Assembly (NCBI GenBank): GCA_041577295.1 | Contig: JBFGJG010000081.1 | Coordinates: 1 to 10,523, forward strand | DNA: 10,523 nucleotides | Source of the DNA: Gemmatimonadales bacterium | GTDB lineage: Bacteria; Gemmatimonadota; Gemmatimonadetes; Gemmatimonadales; GWC2-71-9 | Direction: 5' to 3' | Shown: one piece after another, positions 1 to 5,028 of the stretch | How the letters are laid out: each line of letters opens with the position of its first letter | Position numbering within the stretch: position 1 is the first letter of the stretch | Notes under the pieces: generated by a model | What the model saw: only the letters and a program-made list of their open reading frames with translations | The model's database searches: none | What the model was told of the DNA's origin: nothing | Position numbers and translations under genes: made by a program

Positions 1-2
1 CG

Positions 3-527
3 ATCTCGCTTACGCAATGGTTCCGGCTGGGTGTTCTTGGCCACTATCTTCGGGCGCGAACCACCCGTACTTCGCTGGCCGCCGACGCCGGGATAGAGGA
101 CTGGGACTTGATCGAGCAGACCACCGCCTTTGGCGCCTTTGCGCTTGCCCATCTCTGGGGACCCCTTACGGCAGAGGCGTCCCTTGTGGCGAGCTGGCGT
201 CCTGAACGCCGACGTTGGTCGTCACCCCTGCAGACGGATGTCGACTTCCAGGATCGCGCGGTGAGCGGTCAGGTGCTGGTTCGGCTCGCTAGGGAGCGCG
301 GCTTCATCGCCGACGTCGGCGTACCGTTCGACATCCGTGAGGTGGTTCGCGGGGCGGGCCAGATCGATGGAGCGGCGACCGCGCGCAACTATCGTATTCG
401 CGCCGACTTTGGATGGCGCTTCAACAAGCAGTTCGCGTTCCTCGTTGGCGCGGCAATAGAACCCGACGGCGACGGGACGGGGCGCTACTTCGGCGGGGCG
501 AGAGCCCGCTCAACGCTGCACTGGTGA
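3..527 (+). CDS. 5'-truncated gene, probable outer-membrane beta-barrel protein (C-terminal part)
   Basis: The frame of ORF 108..527 is open back to position 3 (ISLTQWFRLGVLGHYLRARTTR...). Alternating amphipathic strands with aromatic residues (YRIRADFGWRF, FAFLVGAAIE, YFGGARARSTLHW) and a C-terminal Trp resembling a beta-signal. Tandem stops TGA TGA at 525-530. Confidence 0.6.
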   Translation: MSLTQWFRLGVLGHYLRARTTRTSLAADAGIEDWDLIEQTTAFGAFALAHLWGPLTAEASLVASWRPERRRWSSPLQTDVDFQDRAVSGQVLVRLARERGFIADVGVPFDIREVVRGAGQIDGAATARNYRIRADFGWRFNKQFAFLVGAAIEPDGDGTGRYFGGARARSTLHW

Positions 528-706
528 TGATGTAAGACCACGCGACGTGATATCGGAAGAGCCCCAGACACTCGATCAGGAGAAGTCGGGGGTGCGTCGA
601 TGGAGGACTTTAGAAGAAAGCGGTTCAGCCGGTCACTCCCTAGCGACCGGACCACTCCAAGTCACCTCCTCAACTCGTGCTTTCACCGTACTGATCACTG
701 CAGTCC

Positions 707-1552
707 TCATCCAATCGTGAACTCTCGAATCATCCCGTGGGCAAAGTGCGGTGCGCCGTCACCGCGATCGGGCACGAAGCAGAGCATCATGTAGTTTCCC
801 GGCTCGAGCGAGATGGTCCAATACGCGGTTTCACCCGGTGAGATCCCACCCAGACCACCCAACAGCTCACCCGGTGGTAGCGCCGTCGATCCCGGTGCCA
901 TGGCCTGAAGAAACTGCTCCGGCGTGGCGCCCGGTTCGAGCCGTACCAGCTCGACGTCGTGGATTTGCGGACCACGGTTCGTGACCCGGAGCGTGTGAGT
1001 CCCCGCGGTGAGAGGTTGCGAAAGCGTGAACTGGTAGTCGGCGAGGGTTAGCTCGAGGTCGGCAGTAGGGGCGGGCGCCGGTGCATCGCTTGGCGTCACC
1101 GTGAAACTCGTGGTCATCCCTTTCATGAAGTGCAGCGAGCCGTCCGGGGATTCGATGTAGCAGATGAGCACGTATTCACCCGGATCGACGACCGCTGTGG
1201 CCTCGATGGTGGACCCTGGCGCGCCCACATTGGGTCCACCCAGATACGTCAAGAAGGTCGGATGCTCTTTGAGCAGCGGATCGGTTGGACGACGCTCGGT
1301 ATAGAAGGTGAGCACATCCTGCAGCGAGCTGCCCTCCGCCAGTCGGGCGAGCACGGCGTGGTGCAGCTCGGTGCCCTGATTCACCATCCTGAACGTGACG
1401 GTTCCCGCAGGGACCTCCCCGAGCCCGGAGTAGGCGAAATCGGTGGCCGTGAACGTAACGACAGTAGGTGCAACCTCTTCAGCCGCGCGATCGGGACTGC
1501 AGGCGCCGAGGGCCAGTAGCCCCAAGGCTGCGAGAGTTGGCGGGTTGCGCAT
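707..1552 (-). CDS. Lipoprotein with two tandem cupredoxin (type-1 blue copper-like) domains
   Basis: Likely start ATG at 1552 (MRNPPTLAALGLLALGAC, lipobox LGAC) with GAGGA SD just upstream; the ORF-track start at 1618 is probably too early. Two internally similar domains: F.M/V.N.G...H followed by C-x9-H-x4-M (CYIESPDGSLHFMKGM) and C-x10-H-x4-M (CFVPDRGDGAPHFAHGM), joined by a PSDAPAPAP linker. Confidence 0.85.
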   Translation of the reverse strand: MRNPPTLAALGLLALGACSPDRAAEEVAPTVVTFTATDFAYSGLGEVPAGTVTFRMVNQGTELHHAVLARLAEGSSLQDVLTFYTERRPTDPLLKEHPTFLTYLGGPNVGAPGSTIEATAVVDPGEYVLICYIESPDGSLHFMKGMTTSFTVTPSDAPAPAPTADLELTLADYQFTLSQPLTAGTHTLRVTNRGPQIHDVELVRLEPGATPEQFLQAMAPGSTALPPGELLGGLGGISPGETAYWTISLEPGNYMMLCFVPDRGDGAPHFAHGMIREFTIG

Positions 1553-1714
1553 TTCGGTCCTCGTAGTTGATGTAGGTAGTCCAAAATAGCCACCCCCCCG
1601 CCCAACGAAAGCGCTCATTCCCTCGATCGCTTCTTCCCTCTATCCATCCTTGCTCCCGCGGGCCATAATCAGGTCTGATACCGTCATCAGTCCTATCGAG
1701 AGGGGGGTGAGCCC

Positions 1715-2263
1715 ATGAAGGGGGCCGCGAGTGTCGCAGTGGGGGTCAGTCTTTTGGTCGGCGCATGCAACGCATGCCCGCGTGAAGAACCGGGCGCAGA
1801 TGCCGCTGGCCAACAACCGGCTGCCAGTGCCACTGCAGCCGCTGATTCGGCGCGCGCGGATTCCTTGGCGAGAATCCGGGCCGAAACGGCGGAGGTGACC
1901 CGCATAATCCAAGAGCGCGTGCACTTCGATTTCGACCGCTCGACTATCCGACCCGGCCAGGACACGGAGGTGCTTCGGCGGAAGGTGGCCATCCTGAATG
2001 CGAACCCCGGCCTCACGCTTCAGATAACGGGTCACTGCGATTCGCGCGGCCCGAGCAGCTACAACATGGCGCTGGGGGAACGGCGCGCTCGCGCAGCGAT
2101 GCAGTTCTTGACGAGCCAGGGGATTGCGGCCAACCGCATGAGCGTGCGCTCCATGGGTGAGGATCAACCCCTGGTGAGCGGTCAGAACCAGGATGCGTGG
2201 AGGCAGAATCGCCGGGCCGAGTTTGAGATCACCGCAGGTGGTGGGCAGCTGAGGCGGCCGTAG
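1715..2263 (+). CDS. OmpA-C-like / Pal-like peptidoglycan-associated lipoprotein
   Basis: Lipobox LLVGAC, Ala-rich linker, then HFDFDRSTI ... ITGHCDSRGPSSYNMALGERRA ... SMGEDQP ... WRQNRRAEF, which are Pal/OmpA signature motifs. GAGGGGGG SD upstream. Confidence 0.92.
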   Translation: MKGAASVAVGVSLLVGACNACPREEPGADAAGQQPAASATAAADSARADSLARIRAETAEVTRIIQERVHFDFDRSTIRPGQDTEVLRRKVAILNANPGLTLQITGHCDSRGPSSYNMALGERRARAAMQFLTSQGIAANRMSVRSMGEDQPLVSGQNQDAWRQNRRAEFEITAGGGQLRRP

Positions 2264-2388
2264 CGCCGCTGCATCACCTGCCAATTGGGTTCTACCGCTG
2301 TGGCGCATGTCCACCTGCGCTGGCGTGGTACTTGGGAGAATCTACCCGTAATGCCAGACGTAGCAGGAGGTTGGAGCGAGTAGGGAGT

Positions 2389-2404
2389 GGGTGTAGATCT
2401 TGCA
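2389..2404 (+). promoter_or_regulatory. Candidate sigma-54 (-24/-12) promoter for the peptide cassette
   Basis: GGGTGTAGATCTTGCA has GG(2390-91)-N10-GC(2402-03) with a TTGCA -12 box, about 40 nt upstream of ATG 2446. The -24 box departs from consensus TGGCACG. Confidence 0.35.
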
Positions 2405-2445
2405 CCGCTTCGCGACTTACCACTGCACATTTTCAGGAGCGACCC

Positions 2446-2634
2446 ATGGACAAGACCGAGAAGTTGTCCCAGGGATCGGATTCACAGTCGCGGAAGATGG
2501 TGACCCGGCGGGCGCTGGTGCGCGCAGGGTGGGCGCTGCCGTTGGTAGTGGCTTCGGTATCGCTTCCGCGCAACGCGTTCGCGCAGTACGCCGGTGGAGG
2601 TGGCGGCGGTGGCAACGACGCTCCTCCGCTCTGA
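2446..2634 (+). CDS. 62-aa putative RiPP precursor peptide with Tat-like/WxxP leader and Gly-rich core
   Basis: AGGAG SD at 2435-2439, ATG 2446. MDKTEKLSQGSDSQSRKMVTRRALVRAGWALPLVVASVSLPRNAFA|QYAGGGGGGGNDAPPL. The seven Gly use mixed codons (ggt gga ggt ggc ggc ggt ggc), which argues for protein-level selection. Lies directly upstream of a PqqD/RRE gene. Confidence 0.8.
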   Translation: MDKTEKLSQGSDSQSRKMVTRRALVRAGWALPLVVASVSLPRNAFAQYAGGGGGGGNDAPPL

Positions 2635-2643
2635 TTTCGTCTA

Positions 2644-2707
2644 CAGGCCGTCGGCGGCTCTCCCCACTGTGCTGCGATGCCGAGGGAGCGGTTGTCCGAG
2701 CGGCCTG
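2644..2707 (+). other. Long imperfect GC-rich stem-loop between precursor and PqqD gene
   Basis: CAGGCCG(2644-50)/CGGCCTG(2701-07), TCGG/CCGA, CGGCT/GGTTG (with G-U pairs), CTCCC(2660-64)/GGGAG(2684-88). No U-tract follows. Confidence 0.55.
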
Positions 2708-2748
2708 GCCCCTAACAGCGTTTGGCAACCGTACCGAGCGGACGGGAC

Positions 2749-3027
2749 GTGACCGACAGCCCACCGTCACGCCCCGTCCGCCAGGCCGGTGTCCGCGCGT
2801 ACCACATGGGCAGAGAGTCGTTGCTGTACGTCGCGGACGCGGAAACGGCCCATGCGTTGAACACGTCGGCCATGGCTATCTGGGAGTTGTGTGACGGTAC
2901 CCGAACCGCCGAGCAGATCGCGGAGGAGCTCGGACGGTGGCTCGATCGCCCAGCTGAAACGCTTCTCGACGATGTTGAACACGGCCTTTCCCAACTCGCC
3001 TCGCTCAAACTGGTGCGTCTGACGTGA
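2749..3027 (+). CDS. PqqD-family protein / RiPP recognition element (RRE)
   Basis: ESLLY...AHALNTSAMAIWELCDGTRTAEQIAEEL...LLDDVEHGLSQLASLKLV matches the PqqD pattern LN.tA..IW.lcDG.rt..eI...L....DV...L..L. The start is uncertain: GTG 2749 preferred, TTG 2722 possible. The stop overlaps the next start (GTGA 3024-3027). Confidence 0.9.
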   Translation: MTDSPPSRPVRQAGVRAYHMGRESLLYVADAETAHALNTSAMAIWELCDGTRTAEQIAEELGRWLDRPAETLLDDVEHGLSQLASLKLVRLT

Positions 3028-3851
3028 ACCCACCGCAAACCCTCTATGTGCGCTTTGGTGATCAGTGCGTCGCCATCACCTCCGAGTCCCCCGAGGTGAT
3101 GGCCAGCGCGCGGGTGATCTTCCGGTGGATGCTGGGATCGCCATCGCGAAACGTGATCGGCACGCTCGTCGTGTTACCAGACGATGGCGGGTACATGGTG
3201 CTCGGAAGTCCCGATATCACTCAGGGAGACGGCTCGCTCCCGGACGTGCTCCGGTGTCTGCGTTTCTCGGTGATCCGGCTCTTGCTCGAGTCACGTAAGG
3301 AGCTCATCTGGTTCCATGGAGGGGCCGCAGCGGAACGGCATCGCGCAGTGATCTTCCCAGGAGAGCGCGGAAGAGGGAAGAGCACACTCGTGACGGCGCT
3401 CTGTGCTCACGGATGGAAATACCTATCCGACGATGTCCTGCCCGTGGATCCGGTGAACGGAAGGGTGCTGCCATTCCCCCAGACACCGGCGGTGCGCGTA
3501 CACCCCGGGGTCGAGATGCCGCCGGATTGGTTGGGTAAGGCGATCAAGACCACCGTGGAACTGTCACCCCGCCGTATTGCGAGGGGAGCACAACCGATTT
3601 CAGCGATCGTCTTCCCACACTATCGGCCAGGGGAAAGTCAGACAATCGAGCGTCTGAGCCCGGCCCCTGCGGCGCTCGAGCTGCTCGAGACGTGTTGGAA
3701 CTTTCACACCCACCGTACGCGCGCCGTGCAGTACGTGAGTGAGTTGCTCGCTCGCGTTCCCGCGTATCGCCTCCACTACGGCCGTGGCGTCGCGGCGGCG
3801 CACCTGGTCGCCGACGTGCTCTTGCCGGACCAGATCAGCCTCCCCGCGTGA
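3024..3851 (+). CDS. HPr kinase-related (HprK-like, lasso-peptide-kinase-like) P-loop kinase
   Basis: FHGGAA...AVIFPGERGRGKSTL (His plus Walker A) and GWKYLSDD (HprK-type di-Asp), then PFP. Lacks the N-terminal domain of true HprK. GTGA overlaps with both neighbours. Confidence 0.85.
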   Translation: MNPPQTLYVRFGDQCVAITSESPEVMASARVIFRWMLGSPSRNVIGTLVVLPDDGGYMVLGSPDITQGDGSLPDVLRCLRFSVIRLLLESRKELIWFHGGAAAERHRAVIFPGERGRGKSTLVTALCAHGWKYLSDDVLPVDPVNGRVLPFPQTPAVRVHPGVEMPPDWLGKAIKTTVELSPRRIARGAQPISAIVFPHYRPGESQTIERLSPAPAALELLETCWNFHTHRTRAVQYVSELLARVPAYRLHYGRGVAAAHLVADVLLPDQISLPA

Positions 3852-4957
3852 TGTCGCGCGCGTCTCAGGAGACGCGTATCGTGCTCGCGGCGTGCCATCC
3901 CAGTTCCGCAGCCTTCGACAACCTGCTGACCAGCGATGTTCGCTGGGATCGATTGGTAGAATGTGTACGCGATCTCGGACTGGCACCAGTCATGTACCGG
4001 CGTGTTCGGGACCTCAATGGGGACTCGTGCCTCCCCGAAACCGCCCACAAGGCGCTGGCGGAGGCGTATTACCAGCGGGCAAGCGTGAATGCGAGGCTTC
4101 ACAGCCATCTCGAACGTGCGCTCGCGCTGCTTACGCAGCACGACATCGCGGTGGTGGTGCTCAAGGGTGCGGCGCTGGCCGAGCCCGTCTACGGCGATAT
4201 CGCGCTGCGAGGGATGGAGGATCTCGACCTCCTTCTGTTGGAACATGACCTCGAACGGGCCAACGGCCTGTTGCAGGCCGAAGGGTATCGGCCACTCGAG
4301 TGGTACCGTCCCGCCGCATGGTACGCGAAGAACGCACATCACCTGGCACCTCTCGTATCCGCCGATGGCGCCGTGGTTATCGAGCTGCACCGCCACATCG
4401 TTCCCCCAAAGAGTAGGCTACACGTTGCGATCGGAGAGCTTTGGGCACGGGTCCGTCTGCATCGGATCGGCTCGACCCAGGCCTTCGTACTAGCGCCCGA
4501 AGATCTGTTGTTTCACGTGTGCACACATCAGGTGGTGGCGAGAGACTTTGTCGGAGGCGTACGCACTCTGTGCGACATCGCAGTGTTGCTGGACCGCTTT
4601 GGGGATCAGTTTGATTGGGACCTGTTCGTGAGCCTGTGTCTTGCGGCGGGCGCGGTCTCCCATGTCGTCCACCCTCTCACTTGGGCTCGTGAACTCGTCG
4701 GTGCATCGGTTCCCGATGAAGTGTTGACGCAATTACGCAGCCACCTCCAGCCAGTTCCGGGACATGTGATAGTCGACCGACTCGCTACCAGCATGTTGCT
4801 TCGGTCGCCCACGGACTCGTCCGTCGTCCCACCCTGGGTCACCAACGCCCTGCTGGGTGAGCTGCTCGCCACCCCAGACCGCCCCGTCAACGCCGCGTGG
4901 CGAGTGATCAAAGGGGTTGCCAGTCAGAAGCGAAACGGAAAAAGAAAGACAGGGTAA
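3848..4957 (+). CDS. Nucleotidyltransferase family protein (NTP_transf_5 / PF14907-like)
   Basis: VVVLKGAALAEPVYGDIALRGMEDLDLL (LKG...Y....R...DxD metal-binding motif), IELHRH, LAPEDLLFHVCTH, LCDIA, FDW, all typical of this family. Start GTG 3848 or ATG 3851, coupled to the kinase stop. Confidence 0.9.
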   Translation: MMSRASQETRIVLAACHPSSAAFDNLLTSDVRWDRLVECVRDLGLAPVMYRRVRDLNGDSCLPETAHKALAEAYYQRASVNARLHSHLERALALLTQHDIAVVVLKGAALAEPVYGDIALRGMEDLDLLLLEHDLERANGLLQAEGYRPLEWYRPAAWYAKNAHHLAPLVSADGAVVIELHRHIVPPKSRLHVAIGELWARVRLHRIGSTQAFVLAPEDLLFHVCTHQVVARDFVGGVRTLCDIAVLLDRFGDQFDWDLFVSLCLAAGAVSHVVHPLTWARELVGASVPDEVLTQLRSHLQPVPGHVIVDRLATSMLLRSPTDSSVVPPWVTNALLGELLATPDRPVNAAWRVIKGVASQKRNGKRKTG

Positions 4958-4967
4958 GGGGCGGGTC

Positions 4968-4988
4968 CTGCTCACTGCTTACTGCTCA
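4968..4988. repeat. Heptamer tandem repeat (CTGCTCA-CTGCTTA-CTGCTCA)
   Basis: Three 7-bp units with one mismatch in the 4958-5028 intergenic region, flanked by GGGGCGGG (~4958-65) and CCCGCTCC (5008-15), which can pair. Confidence 0.7.
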
Positions 4989-5028
4989 CAGTTGTTCCTG
5001 CTGTTTCCCCGCTCCATCTTTCGGCACC

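Noticed and set aside
662..670. 16S rRNA 3' end fragment (TCACCTCCT)
   Set aside because: Flanking sequence does not match the conserved 16S terminus (GGCTGGATCACCTCCTT).
2332..2445. N-terminal extension of the peptide ORF to 100 aa
   Set aside because: A strong SD precedes ATG 2446, and the extension starts at TTG and covers the candidate promoter.
2446..2634. Classical lasso peptide precursor (Gly start, Asp at ring position 8 or 9)
   Set aside because: No Thr at -2, only a 4-residue tail (APPL) after Asp with no bulky plug, no C-terminal Ser, and no asparagine-synthetase-like cyclase or transglutaminase-like B2 gene in the window. Trans-acting genes elsewhere cannot be excluded.
2749..3027. 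PQQ biosynthesis (pqqD)
   Set aside because: No pqqB/C/E nearby and the peptide lacks the PqqA ExxxY motif, so this is a generic RRE.
3024..3851. Bona fide HPr kinase/phosphorylase (hprK)
   Set aside because: No PTS context, no canonical N-terminal domain or GKSE motif (it has GKST), and it is coupled to PqqD and NTase genes.
4897..5028. Cys-rich N-terminal extension of kinase 1
   Set aside because: Overlaps the NTase 3' end and translates the heptamer repeat; the second kinase starts at the position equivalent to 5029.
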